Source of the DNA: a virus
Strand: one strand, 5' to 3'
IMG/VR virus record: IMGVR_UViG_3300009128_000002
Length of the DNA: 64,000 bases
The translations under genes and the position numbers were made by a program. Positions 1 through 10,936 of the stretch are shown here, piece after piece. How positions within the stretch are numbered: position 1 is the stretch's first letter; each line of letters begins with the position of its first letter. Below the pieces are notes generated by a model, which was not told the DNA's origin, ran no database searches, and saw nothing but the letters and a program-made list of their open reading frames with translations.

Positions 1-3000
1 GTTGATTCTTTAGGTACTGATACTGATATTGTGGTTGTAGAAGCATTTCCTTCTTCAGTACAAACAGACACGGTTGCTATTGTTGACCAATCTGGTATCA
101 TTAAGTTAATGAATGAGAATGATGGTACTAAGACTACCTTTATGGATCTTACTTCATTGCAACATACTATTGGTTTAGGTCCGTTTGCGAACTATGACGA
201 ACGTGGTGTTCTTGGTTTATGTTTCCACCCTCAATTTGATACAAATGGTAAATTTTACGTTTATTACATGACTGAACAAGGTGGTGGTACAGGCGCTTGG
301 GGCTTCCCATTATCGACTACTGTTATATCAGAGTTTGTTACTGATGCAGATAAACTTACTTGTACAGATTTATCTACTGAAAGAAACTTATTTACTATTC
401 CACAACCAGACTTTAATCATAATGGTGGTGAACTAGTATTCGGACCAGACGGTATGTTGTATATCGGACTTGGTGATGGTGGTTCTGCAGGTGATACTTC
501 TTCAATGGAAGGTCATGGTGGACACGGTGTTTATGGTAATGCACAAAACCCTACAAATTTATTAGGTACTATTTTAAGAGTAGATGTTACAGAAGATACT
601 GTTAATAGTATGCCGTACACTATTCCTTCTGATAACCCATTTATCAATTCAATTTATAAAGAAGGTCAACCAGAAGCAACTTCATTTAGACCTGAAATTT
701 ATGCTTATGGATTTAGAAATCCGTGGAGATTCTCATTTGCTCAAGATGGCAAGTTGTGGTGTGCTGATGTTGGACAAGACAAGTTTGAAGAAATCAACAT
801 TGTAGAAGCAGGTGGAAACTACGGTTGGAGAGTAATGGAAGCATACCACGAGTATGAAGAAGACCAAACAATCATCGACCAAATTGCCATTGATTTAGGA
901 CACACAAATACATTTGATTACTTAACAAGTTTAAAAGAACCTATTCACGAATATTCACACGGAACTGGTATATCTATATTGGGTGGATTTGTTTATAAAG
1001 GGTCTATTACAGAATTACAAGGTAAATACATATTTGGTGATTGGTCAACCACTTGGACAGGTACAAGTGGTCATTTATACACATTAAGTGAAAATTTTGA
1101 TGGGAACTCTGCCCACTTTAATGTTCTACCGAATGCAATAAATGGGTCAACACATAGTCATACGGTTGACTTGACAGGAGCACACGTACAGTTTCTTAAA
1201 GATAACCCAGGCAGTCCTGTTGTACAAATACAATCAGATACAGTTCATTCAGAATTCTACCTCCATACATTTACTATTATTTGGAGTTCTGAAAATCAAG
1301 AGTTTGTTTTAATTGGTCAAACTAATCCTGAAGGACATGATGTATTAGAATTTGTAGAGTATGGAACTGATTTAACATATGACAGAACACCACTATCTAT
1401 TTGGGATCCGACTACTGAAATTGTTGATTTAACAACAATGGGCGAGTCTATTCTTACTATGGGTGAGACTAATGATGGTGAAATTATATTTACTACTAGA
1501 ACTGGTATTGATACTTTCCAAGGTTCTGGTGTAGGTAATACATCAATGTATAAAATTACAGATTCTTATAATTCTGAAGATATACCTACTGCAAATAACC
1601 AGATACCTTCAACAGAAACTGCTCATATACACGGTTACGAAGTAACGTATGACGAGGAGAATTTATTCCAGGCAGTTGAAGTTTCAGATATTGAAATGCA
1701 AAACTATGATGCATTCTGGCCAATTTGGTCTTGGAATGATCCTGCATCACATATTCATCCAGTAAACAGTGCTTGGAGTGGTGAAACAGATACACAAACA
1801 TTACTTGGTTCTTCTGCAGGTTGGTATTATAATGAAGACGAAGAACAGTGGATGCCATATGATATTGGTGCAGATACGCCTTGGGCACCACCAGTAGAAG
1901 AGGATACTTCATATACGTACATTGAAACTGCTCCATCTGTTGCTATTTTAGGTGCTAACGAGTATGGTGAAAATACACATATACATTACTTCGACTCGTC
2001 TGTATTAGATACTTATGGTACAAACCAAGGACGTCTATCAACACCATTAACTAGATTGCAGGCAGAAGAACTTGCAAACGGTGTTGTTAATGAAGTTACT
2101 ATTTATTCATCAATTAGTGATAGTGGTTCGCATTTACATTACCACGAGTTTAAGGTTTTATGGAATCCTGCAACACAACAATTCCTTGCACAAGAGGTTG
2201 GTGAGTATAGGGATCTTATGGGGACTGGTGAATGGACTATAATTTTAGATGAACAAAAGAACCACGAACACACATTAACTGTAAATGGTATCACTACTAA
2301 CCTTGGTTGGAATGGTACTCCGTTATTTACAGCACCTGATGTTACACTAGGTCTTGCCCACGATTGGGATAACCTTGAAGGTAATAAACCAGATCATTTA
2401 CATTCATTTAACGGTACAGATCTAGATACTATTGGTGTTAATGCAGGACGTATTTCTGAAGCACTGACAGATGAGCAAACAACAGACTTAATTAATGGTG
2501 ATGTTGAATCGGTTATGTTATATTCTTCAATTGCGAACGGTGATCATTATCATGGTATTAGAGTTACATATGATGATGTTGGTTTAGCATTTATTGCCGA
2601 AGATGTTGAACAGTGGGTATCAGAAGATGGTGCTCAATTTCAATCATTAACACCTAGAACACACGCACATACTACAGAAATATCGAATCAATTATCTATT
2701 AATGGTTTTAACCAAGAACTGAATAGTAACGATTTACCTGTATTTGCTTCGCCTGGTTACCCATACCCTGGCGGTACACACCCTCATTTCCACAACGGAA
2801 CTGTTGTTGGACCATTCGCTTGGAATAATGAAATTGATTATGCCGACGGTTTAAGTGTTCAAAACGCAATGGACTTGATTAATGGTGTTGTAGAAGAAGT
2901 TATTATTTACGATTCTATTGAGGGTGCTCACTTCCACGACTATACAGTTAAGTATGATGATGTTGAAAATAAATTCTATTGTACTAATTCAATAACTTGG

Positions 3001-4164
3001 ATTCGTGGTGGTATTGAAGATATTACACAAGATCCATTAAAATATTACGTATCTGTTGTACTAAACGTATCAGAAGGACTTCATTGGCATAACTTGACTA
3101 TTGAATGGAATCCAAACGACGAAACATTGCCTCAACAAACTGGCGGTGCTGTTTATGTGACTAGAGTTGTAACGACTCCAGAAGTATTAACGTCAGACCC
3201 ACAAACGTCTATTGATACTAGTTCTACCGAGTTGAATCCAATCGTAGAGACTCTTACTGATACACCAAATGTAGGAGACACCACTGAAATTACTAAGTTC
3301 TTAGATAACGTAACTACAACAACTACTGTTACTACAACGGTTGTTACTACTGTTACTACTGAAACTTACTATTCAGATGGTACTATGGAAACTGTTGTTG
3401 GTAACCCACAGACTACTACTGAACAAGATACTTCTTCTACAACAGAACAAGTTGAAGATATGGCAGAACGTCAAACTAGAATTAATGGTATATTACAATC
3501 AAACAATGCCCCTATAATTTGGATTCAAGGAACGTTTATTGACGGTGAAGGTACACATGACCACTTATTATACACAGGTTGTACTTTGGATACGGTTGGT
3601 CCATTCTCAGGTAGAATGTGTGAACCTATTACTGTTGGACAGGCAAATGAGTTGATTAATGCACAAGATGTGAATTATGGAATTATTTTCTACGATTCAC
3701 CAAATGGTGCGGATAGTCACTATCACGGATATACAATTAAGTTTAATCCATACATAGGAACAGATGGTGAGTTTGTAGTTGAACCATTAAACCAATATGA
3801 CCAAATACCAGGCACAGGAACTACTATACATAAGTTCTTATTGACTGGTGGTTTCCATGACCATGACTATTGGTTGAGTGTTGCAGAATACACACAACTT
3901 GTTACTGGATCTAACATAACGACTCAACAAAGGGATACAATTCACGCACATTTATATACACACGACGTTACAATTGGTTATTCTGGTGGTCAATATAATT
4001 TATTAAATCAAACTAATAACCTTGATGGTCATAACTTGATTTCATATGTTGGTTCATTAGCTAGTGGTGGACAATGGTCAATTAGTACACAAGGTTCTGG
4101 TCTTGGTGACCATATTCATACAACTATTGTTGATGAAACAAACGTGTGGCCAACAAGTATTTAA
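1..4164 (+). CDS. Large structural protein in the baseplate gp7 position (5' partial); glucose/sorbosone dehydrogenase-like beta-propeller followed by His-rich (HxH) repeat modules and a Thr-rich stretch
   Basis: Frame 1 is open from base 1, so the true start is probably upstream. GSDH-family motifs: ERGVLGLCFHPQF, HNGGELVFGPDGMLYIGLGDGG, YAYGFRNPWRFSF, DVGQ..EEIN...GGNYGW. Lies immediately upstream of gp8. Confidence 0.7.
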   Translation, partial: VDSLGTDTDIVVVEAFPSSVQTDTVAIVDQSGIIKLMNENDGTKTTFMDLTSLQHTIGLGPFANYDERGVLGLCFHPQFDTNGKFYVYYMTEQGGGTGAWGFPLSTTVISEFVTDADKLTCTDLSTERNLFTIPQPDFNHNGGELVFGPDGMLYIGLGDGGSAGDTSSMEGHGGHGVYGNAQNPTNLLGTILRVDVTEDTVNSMPYTIPSDNPFINSIYKEGQPEATSFRPEIYAYGFRNPWRFSFAQDGKLWCADVGQDKFEEINIVEAGGNYGWRVMEAYHEYEEDQTIIDQIAIDLGHTNTFDYLTSLKEPIHEYSHGTGISILGGFVYKGSITELQGKYIFGDWSTTWTGTSGHLYTLSENFDGNSAHFNVLPNAINGSTHSHTVDLTGAHVQFLKDNPGSPVVQIQSDTVHSEFYLHTFTIIWSSENQEFVLIGQTNPEGHDVLEFVEYGTDLTYDRTPLSIWDPTTEIVDLTTMGESILTMGETNDGEIIFTTRTGIDTFQGSGVGNTSMYKITDSYNSEDIPTANNQIPSTETAHIHGYEVTYDEENLFQAVEVSDIEMQNYDAFWPIWSWNDPASHIHPVNSAWSGETDTQTLLGSSAGWYYNEDEEQWMPYDIGADTPWAPPVEEDTSYTYIETAPSVAILGANEYGENTHIHYFDSSVLDTYGTNQGRLSTPLTRLQAEELANGVVNEVTIYSSISDSGSHLHYHEFKVLWNPATQQFLAQEVGEYRDLMGTGEWTIILDEQKNHEHTLTVNGITTNLGWNGTPLFTAPDVTLGLAHDWDNLEGNKPDHLHSFNGTDLDTIGVNAGRISEALTDEQTTDLINGDVESVMLYSSIANGDHYHGIRVTYDDVGLAFIAEDVEQWVSEDGAQFQSLTPRTHAHTTEISNQLSINGFNQELNSNDLPVFASPGYPYPGGTHPHFHNGTVVGPFAWNNEIDYADGLSVQNAMDLINGVVEEVIIYDSIEGAHFHDYTVKYDDVENKFYCTNSITWIRGGIEDITQDPLKYYVSVVLNVSEGLHWHNLTIEWNPNDETLPQQTGGAVYVTRVVTTPEVLTSDPQTSIDTSSTELNPIVETLTDTPNVGDTTEITKFLDNVTTTTTVTTTVVTTVTTETYYSDGTMETVVGNPQTTTEQDTSSTTEQVEDMAERQTRINGILQSNNAPIIWIQGTFIDGEGTHDHLLYTGCTLDTVGPFSGRMCEPITVGQANELINAQDVNYGIIFYDSPNGADSHYHGYTIKFNPYIGTDGEFVVEPLNQYDQIPGTGTTIHKFLLTGGFHDHDYWLSVAEYTQLVTGSNITTQQRDTIHAHLYTHDVTIGYSGGQYNLLNQTNNLDGHNLISYVGSLASGGQWSISTQGSGLGDHIHTTIVDETNVWPTSI

Positions 4165-4177
4165 TAGGTGGTTTTAT

Positions 4178-4198
4178 TATAAATAAGTCGTATAAATA
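4178..4198 (+). promoter_or_regulatory. Two tandem T4-type late promoters (TATAAATA)
   Basis: TATAAATA at 4178-4185 and 4191-4198 upstream of gp8; gp55 is encoded in the window. Confidence 0.8.
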
Positions 4199-4256
4199 GT
4201 TTCAGTTTTATAAGAAACATTAAATAAATTAAGATTAATTTTTAGGAGTAAAGAAA

Positions 4257-5252
4257 ATGGGTGCTATTGTAACCAGTAAATTCAGAACACAAAACTTGAT
4301 GGTGTTCATTGACCAGTTCAAAACTACTGGTAATGTAGCCACAGATAATTACTTATACCTTGGATTTGGACGTTCAAATGCTTGGGCAGATGATGCTCAA
4401 GGTAATGACGAATCTTCAGGTCAATTCACACTACCCGATCCATTAGATGAAGATGAACATCAGTATTGGTTGGATATTGTTGGTGCAAAGCGTATTCAGA
4501 ATGATGATATTTCGCCTGTACTTCCACGTGTAGACTGGAGTGTTGGCGATACACTTGCGTTTGATGGTGATGTTGCCAATGGTATTACTGGTATTGATGA
4601 GCCTGGTCGTTCTTTCGTATCAAAAACAGGTTCACACTCAACAGTAATGAATTCAAATTACCTTATTTACCAATGTGTTGGTGAGCCTTCTACTGGTAAA
4701 TGTTATATTGGTGGTGTTTATGATAGTGGTACTGCATCTTCTCGTGCTGTTTGTGAAGCAACTACTGGTGGTCTTTGGTTACCTACTGGTGCTTCTGAGG
4801 AACCTACTGGACATAACAATGGTGCAGATATTTCAACTTCAGATGGTTACGTTTGGAAATATCTATACACTTTAGAATTAAATGACATTATTAACTCAAC
4901 TACAAATGACTGGATGCCAGTTATTACAGGTAGTGCAGTGTTACCAGATTCAGACCAATCATTATACGGTGATGTTGATGCAATCTTTACTGCTAAATGC
5001 CACCACGGTCTAATTCACGTTAGATTGGAAACTTCAGATGGTTTCCCAGAAAACGATGACTTCCGTCAAATTGGTTTATTACGTAATCCAGAACTGACAG
5101 GTGGTGGTACACGTGCTCAAGGTTCAGTATATGCAAATGCAGATACCCAAATGGAGACAGACTCAGGTCAGTTAATTTACCTTGAAAATAGACGTGCTAT
5201 TACACGTGCCGCTGACCAGATTGAAGATTTGAAACTTGTAGTTGAATTCTAA
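4257..5252 (+). CDS. gp8: Baseplate wedge protein gp8
   Basis: AIVTSKFR N-terminus, YLGFGRSNAW, DGYVWKYLY, C-terminal IYLENRRAITRAADQIEDLKLVVEF; synteny. Confidence 0.88.
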   Translation: MGAIVTSKFRTQNLMVFIDQFKTTGNVATDNYLYLGFGRSNAWADDAQGNDESSGQFTLPDPLDEDEHQYWLDIVGAKRIQNDDISPVLPRVDWSVGDTLAFDGDVANGITGIDEPGRSFVSKTGSHSTVMNSNYLIYQCVGEPSTGKCYIGGVYDSGTASSRAVCEATTGGLWLPTGASEEPTGHNNGADISTSDGYVWKYLYTLELNDIINSTTNDWMPVITGSAVLPDSDQSLYGDVDAIFTAKCHHGLIHVRLETSDGFPENDDFRQIGLLRNPELTGGGTRAQGSVYANADTQMETDSGQLIYLENRRAITRAADQIEDLKLVVEF

Positions 5253-5269
5253 ATCTGCTAAATAGATAT

Positions 5270-5294
5270 AAGGTGTTCATATAGAGCACCTTTT
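5270..5294 (+). terminator. Putative intrinsic terminator/hairpin after gp8
   Basis: aaggtgttc-atata-gagcacctt followed by a short T run. Confidence 0.5.
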
Positions 5295-5322
5295 AATGAT
5301 TTATTGATAGGAATAGAATAAA

Positions 5323-8300
5323 ATGAGCTACAATTTCAATACAGCACCATATTACGATGATTACGATGCGAATAATAGATTCTTAAAGATTCTATTTAAT
5401 CCAGGCAGAGCAGTTCAGGCCCGTGAATTAACGCAAATTCAATCAATTCTTCAAAATCAAGTTGCATCAGGCGCCAATCATATTTGGAAAGATGGGGCCA
5501 ATGTGTTAGGTGGTGAAGTTTCAATTAACCATAGAGATTGGATACAATTGGCTTCTGCAGATACCTCTTGGTTAAACCGTGTGGTTTATGGAACAACTTC
5601 TAATGCTGTTGCTGTAATTGAGCAATTACATTCTGATGAAACACAACCAATTTATTATTTTAGAACTTTATCTGGTACTTTTGCAGATACAGAAGCACTA
5701 GCAACATATGACACAGTATGTAATGGTGGACAGGATGAGTTTGGTGGGTGTTTAGATAACTCGTGGTATGACAATTCATTAACTGTATTAAACGGTTCTA
5801 TTGTTGCTAAAGGTAAAGCACTTGAAGCCAAGATTGGTAATGGTATTTATTGGATTGATGATAACTTTATTCCTGTATTAGCACAAACTATTTTCTTAGA
5901 TGATAATTCAGCAACACCTACTTGTAAGGTTGGTTTTGATATTGAAGAAACTATTGTTGCTTCTACTACCGATGCAAGTCTTTTAGACCCTGCTTCTGGT
6001 TTTTATAATCAGAATGCTCCAGGCGCTGATAGATATCGCATTACATTAAACCTTGTAAAAGAAACAGATTCATTAGAAGCAAATAAATGGGTTTGGTTGA
6101 TGGATGTTGAAAATGGTGCGATTACTACACAATATGAACGCACTGATTACTCATTACTTGCAAATGAAATTGCTCGTAGAACACACGATGAAAGTGGTAA
6201 TTATACACTAAATCCATTCCCACTGGAATTAAAAAATAACCTAACAGATGATTCATTATACAATATTAAAGTTGAACCATCAAAAGCATATATTAGTGGT
6301 TATGAGCATGAATTATTAGTACCAGTTGAAGTTTCTGCAAATAAATCACGTAGTACAAAAGCAGTAGCAAATGATCACATTACACCAGAATTTGGACCTT
6401 ATTTTGAAGTAGAAAGTGAAAACGATTTTCATGGTGTATTTGATGTATTACATAAAGAGTATGTTATATTTGTAACCAACTCAGACTATACAACTGCAAT
6501 GGCTACACCAGATACTATTGGTGTTGCAAAACGTATTACCCATGTAACAATGGTAGGTACAACATTTAGAATTTATTTAGAAAACGATGAAGGTTTAGAT
6601 GCAATTTCACCTGCTAGATTTATTGTTTCTCAAACAGACCCTTCAGTATATGCAAAATTACATATACCAACAGGTGTTGCAGTACGTAAAGGTGTTAATA
6701 AACCGTGGTTATATGAATTGACAGATGTTGTTTCTTCTGTTACTTCTGGTCAGGTAACATTCTCTACCCAAAAGAACTTCACTGCTCAAATGACTGGTAG
6801 TCGTATTGACGTACCTGCCGGACCAGTAGGTTTACATTTTGAGCGTATATTATATATCTATAATTCAACGTCTGGTAATATTGTACCAAAAGCAGGTACA
6901 ACATCAACCTCAACAGTATTTTGGACTGAGGATTTAAGTGGTAATGATTCTGCTCTTATAACTATTGTGAATTCTAGTGGTGTGGAAGTTACAGATCTAA
7001 ATGGTGATTTCTTACATATTATGTCAGATATGTATCAATCAGATGCAGTATGGAGAAGTATTTCAGAAAATGATACAACTGGTACTTTTACATTATTAAA
7101 TGAAGTATTAACTATACCACATGGTGTACAAAATATTATATCAGTAATTGCACCTGATACAACTGATGTTACTTCTAGTTTTACCTTTGATGATGGTGTT
7201 ACAGATACAACATATAAAGATGGTACATTAACTTGGACTGATACAGTTAATGCATCACAGCCAGGTACATACACAGTAACATTTAAGGCACACACTTTTG
7301 GTGATATTGCAACTGCAACATATTTTACAGTAAATTCTAGAACAACTGCTGGTATTAATTATTCTAATATTGGTGTGTATCAAGGCGACATTAACCAAAA
7401 AGTATATAGACTTTCTGACTGTTTAGATTTTAGAACTTCTGATGAAGATTACTTAACAGGTACATACTTACCATTACCAGAATCTAATATATCTTGCTCA
7501 TATGAATTTTACTTACCACGTAAAGATAGATTGACTATTGACGATGATGGTATTATTAATATTAAAGAAGGTTTCCCATCTGAAGATCCAATATTACCTA
7601 CAGAGTTAGATAATGAGATGACTTTATATGAATTATATGTACCACCATATACATATGATGCAAAAAACATTAATGTAACACACGTTAAAAACAAACGATA
7701 CACAATGCAAGACATTCGTGCTTTGGACGAACGTTTAAATAATTTAGAATATTATACTGCATTAAACTTATTAGAACAAGATACTGCAGCCATGCAGGTA
7801 ACGGATGAGTTAGGTTTTGAGAGATATAAAAATGGTATTTTAGTTGACCCATTCCACGATCATGGTATTGGTGATATCACAAACGACGAATATTATGTTT
7901 CTATTTTCCCAGAAGCAGGTATTTGTACTACCCCATTCACAATGACTGGATTAGATTTTGAATCTGGTACAATGAATGGTATGAAGCAAAACAATTTAAC
8001 ATATACATTAGACTTTAATGTTATTGAGGGTTGGATTTCGCAAAACAATGGTTCACAAGTTATAAACTTAAACCCTTTCGCAAGAAAATCTTGGGTCGGT
8101 TTTGTAACAATTTCACCTTCAACAGATACTTGGTTTGAAGAACTATACGTTCCTGATGTTATTGTTCAAAACGAAAATAACAATTCAGTAACACAACAAC
8201 GAATTGATTATGGCACACAGACACGTTGGAATGCGTGGCAGACAACTTGGAATGGTTGGAGAGATACTGGTGGACGTGAAAACGCATCTGGTTCAGAAGT

Positions 8301-10719
8301 TATTTCTAGTTCTGGTAATGATTGGCAGTGGTCGACTGGTACTTGGAGTACACGTAGAAGTGGTATTACACGTCAAAGACGTATTTGGAGAGAAATACAA
8401 ACAAGAGGTGCATCTTGGGATCAAAGACAAGTACAACAAACTAACCAAGTTAGAACTGGTGAAAGAAGTTGGATAATGACTAACGATATTAGGTCTGAAG
8501 TTAGTGATCTAGTTATTGATACTTCTGCTATTGAGTGGATGCGTTCAAAAGATATTACGATTGAAGCACATAAACTAAAACCAAACACACAAATGCATTT
8601 CAGATTTGATGGTGTTGATGTTGATAATTATGTAGCCCCTAGTGGTGGTGCATATGCAGAACCTGTTGTTACTGACGCATATGGTAAATTAGAAAATGTT
8701 AAATTTACAATTCCATCAGAAGGTGGTGTGGATGGTGTTAGGTTTAGAACTGGTTCTAAAGTTTTAGAAGTTATGGATTCGTTTGATTCTAATATGACTA
8801 CACAAGGTAATGCAGTATTTACATCTGCAGGAACTTTAAAAACAAGAGAGAAAACAATTCTTTCAACATTAGAAAATGTAACAGTTACTGAAAATTTGAC
8901 ACAAAATCAGACTCTATCTGGTGGTACAAGAACAGTTAGACGTGGTGGACAAGTAACCACTACAAGTGAATCACGTACAGTAACAGAGTGGTATGACCCA
9001 GTTTCAGAGTCATTCTTAGTTACAGATTCTGATGGTGGTGTATTTGTAGATTCAATTGATTTATACTTCTGGTCAAAAGATGCAGAAGGCACACCAGTAC
9101 GAGTTGAAATTAGACCTATGGAAAATGGATACCCTACACCTACAGAAATTCCAATGGCATCTGTTATGTTGTATCCTGATGATGTTGTTACATCTAATGA
9201 CGGTAGTGCAAATACTAGATTCCAATTCGCAGACCCAATTTATTTAATGAATAATACAGAGTATTGTTTTGTTGTTATTTCAGATTCATTAAATTATAAC
9301 ATTTTCATATCAGAATTAGGTGAAGTTGATCTTATTACTGGTGATAGAATTAGTTCACAACCATATCTTGGTTCAATGTTCACTTCACAGAATAATACAA
9401 CGTGGACACCAGAACAAAATAAAGATATTAAATTTAGAATTAATAAATGTTCATTTGATACTGGTACTGAAGGTACAATACAAATTAATATGAAGGGATT
9501 TGAAGGAACTAAAAAAGTTACTTCATTTACACCATCTTTCGCACCAATGACATTACAAGGTACTGATGTTACATTAGAAGCAATTATTAATGGTGATACA
9601 AATAACACTATTACTGGTGTGGTTGATAGAGAGGATGTTGTTCTAGAACAACAAGTAACTCTAGATGGCTCACATACTATTGACGCTGGTTACCAATATA
9701 CACCTATTTCGTATATTGCAAAATACACATCAAGTAATAGTAATATTTCACCAGTTATTAATGCAGAAAGAATGAGTACGGTTGTACAAAATAATGTAAT
9801 TTCAGATGATGATGTATTATTAAAGAATCAAAAAGGTATTTATGTTTCTAAGTTTGTACAATTAGCAAATCCTGCTGAAGATTTAATTATGTGGTTATCT
9901 ATTCAAGAAGTACCTAATACTTATGTTAAGGTATTTTACGATACAGGTAAAGTTATTCCACGTTATATTGATATTATACCATATACAAATACAATTACTC
10001 ATGGCGATTTTGATGTTAATGATTTCGAGGAAGAATATAGTTACATATACCCTGCAGGAACGTTTTCACCAGAAAATATTATCACAAACCAAAATGCACC
10101 ACAAAATAATTGGAATGGTGTAATTGGTGCCACTGGTAGTGGTTCTACACACGTTTCAACGGCATATGTAGATGGTGATGATGAACCAACCAACTTAACA
10201 AGAATGCATTTGGTTGATATGTCTAACATGAAAGGAATTAAACAAGGTTGTTTCATTTCTAGATATGATTTAGATGGTGTAACACATGATATAACATCGT
10301 CAGGTGTTGGTACTGATATTTCTAATTATGAAGTGGATGATATTTGGTTTGGTACATGGGATGATGATTTAGATAGAAAGTTCTGGAGAAAGGTTTTATT
10401 ACCTAATGGTACATTTAGTAAAGAACCAGTTCCTATTTTATATATCGATTCAATTGTTGATGCAGACCATGAAGATTATGGTTCAGGACTTGCCGTTATT
10501 GAAGAAGAACCTATCGAGTGGAGAGAAATGAAAGATAGTGGTGTTTCTATTTCTAACAGTACAGTTGTTACTAATATGGAATTTATAGAGCACACATTCA
10601 AACCTTTAAAGAAAGTTGTAGATGAGTTCGATTCATTTAGAATAAAAATTGAATTACATACAACCAATCCTTGTTATTTACCTGCAGTACGTGAATTACG
10701 TGTACTGGCAATGACATAA
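5323..10719 (+). CDS. VrlC-like / DUF4815 large virion structural protein
   Basis: N-terminal FNTAPYYDDYD...ILFNPGRAVQARELTQIQS, NAPGADR, RYTMQDI..LD.R..NLEYYT.L, GSMFTSQN..TWTPEQ; usual position after gp8 in marine T4-like phages. Confidence 0.85.
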   Translation: MSYNFNTAPYYDDYDANNRFLKILFNPGRAVQARELTQIQSILQNQVASGANHIWKDGANVLGGEVSINHRDWIQLASADTSWLNRVVYGTTSNAVAVIEQLHSDETQPIYYFRTLSGTFADTEALATYDTVCNGGQDEFGGCLDNSWYDNSLTVLNGSIVAKGKALEAKIGNGIYWIDDNFIPVLAQTIFLDDNSATPTCKVGFDIEETIVASTTDASLLDPASGFYNQNAPGADRYRITLNLVKETDSLEANKWVWLMDVENGAITTQYERTDYSLLANEIARRTHDESGNYTLNPFPLELKNNLTDDSLYNIKVEPSKAYISGYEHELLVPVEVSANKSRSTKAVANDHITPEFGPYFEVESENDFHGVFDVLHKEYVIFVTNSDYTTAMATPDTIGVAKRITHVTMVGTTFRIYLENDEGLDAISPARFIVSQTDPSVYAKLHIPTGVAVRKGVNKPWLYELTDVVSSVTSGQVTFSTQKNFTAQMTGSRIDVPAGPVGLHFERILYIYNSTSGNIVPKAGTTSTSTVFWTEDLSGNDSALITIVNSSGVEVTDLNGDFLHIMSDMYQSDAVWRSISENDTTGTFTLLNEVLTIPHGVQNIISVIAPDTTDVTSSFTFDDGVTDTTYKDGTLTWTDTVNASQPGTYTVTFKAHTFGDIATATYFTVNSRTTAGINYSNIGVYQGDINQKVYRLSDCLDFRTSDEDYLTGTYLPLPESNISCSYEFYLPRKDRLTIDDDGIINIKEGFPSEDPILPTELDNEMTLYELYVPPYTYDAKNINVTHVKNKRYTMQDIRALDERLNNLEYYTALNLLEQDTAAMQVTDELGFERYKNGILVDPFHDHGIGDITNDEYYVSIFPEAGICTTPFTMTGLDFESGTMNGMKQNNLTYTLDFNVIEGWISQNNGSQVINLNPFARKSWVGFVTISPSTDTWFEELYVPDVIVQNENNNSVTQQRIDYGTQTRWNAWQTTWNGWRDTGGRENASGSEVISSSGNDWQWSTGTWSTRRSGITRQRRIWREIQTRGASWDQRQVQQTNQVRTGERSWIMTNDIRSEVSDLVIDTSAIEWMRSKDITIEAHKLKPNTQMHFRFDGVDVDNYVAPSGGAYAEPVVTDAYGKLENVKFTIPSEGGVDGVRFRTGSKVLEVMDSFDSNMTTQGNAVFTSAGTLKTREKTILSTLENVTVTENLTQNQTLSGGTRTVRRGGQVTTTSESRTVTEWYDPVSESFLVTDSDGGVFVDSIDLYFWSKDAEGTPVRVEIRPMENGYPTPTEIPMASVMLYPDDVVTSNDGSANTRFQFADPIYLMNNTEYCFVVISDSLNYNIFISELGEVDLITGDRISSQPYLGSMFTSQNNTTWTPEQNKDIKFRINKCSFDTGTEGTIQINMKGFEGTKKVTSFTPSFAPMTLQGTDVTLEAIINGDTNNTITGVVDREDVVLEQQVTLDGSHTIDAGYQYTPISYIAKYTSSNSNISPVINAERMSTVVQNNVISDDDVLLKNQKGIYVSKFVQLANPAEDLIMWLSIQEVPNTYVKVFYDTGKVIPRYIDIIPYTNTITHGDFDVNDFEEEYSYIYPAGTFSPENIITNQNAPQNNWNGVIGATGSGSTHVSTAYVDGDDEPTNLTRMHLVDMSNMKGIKQGCFISRYDLDGVTHDITSSGVGTDISNYEVDDIWFGTWDDDLDRKFWRKVLLPNGTFSKEPVPILYIDSIVDADHEDYGSGLAVIEEEPIEWREMKDSGVSISNSTVVTNMEFIEHTFKPLKKVVDEFDSFRIKIELHTTNPCYLPAVRELRVLAMT

Positions 10720-10732
10720 AGGAGAATGTAAT

Positions 10733-10936
10733 ATGAAAGAATTAAGATACAAAAAAGATCCTAACACTGGTGCAGTTGTGTTTATGGATGCAGATGCATA
10801 TTCTGCCCGTAAAAAGGTTTTAAGAAATCAAAAAAACACAATTCAGACACAGAAGGATTCTAAAAAAGTTATAAATAGTTTAAGAAATGAAGTTTCTGAA
10901 CTAAAGAAATTAGTAAGGGATTTATTAGAAAAATAG
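10733..10936 (+). CDS. Small conserved hypothetical protein (C-terminal coiled coil) following VrlC-like gene
   Basis: RBS AAGGAG; KKDPNTGAVV...INSLRNEVSELKKLV pattern; synteny. Confidence 0.7.
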   Translation: MKELRYKKDPNTGAVVFMDADAYSARKKVLRNQKNTIQTQKDSKKVINSLRNEVSELKKLVRDLLEK

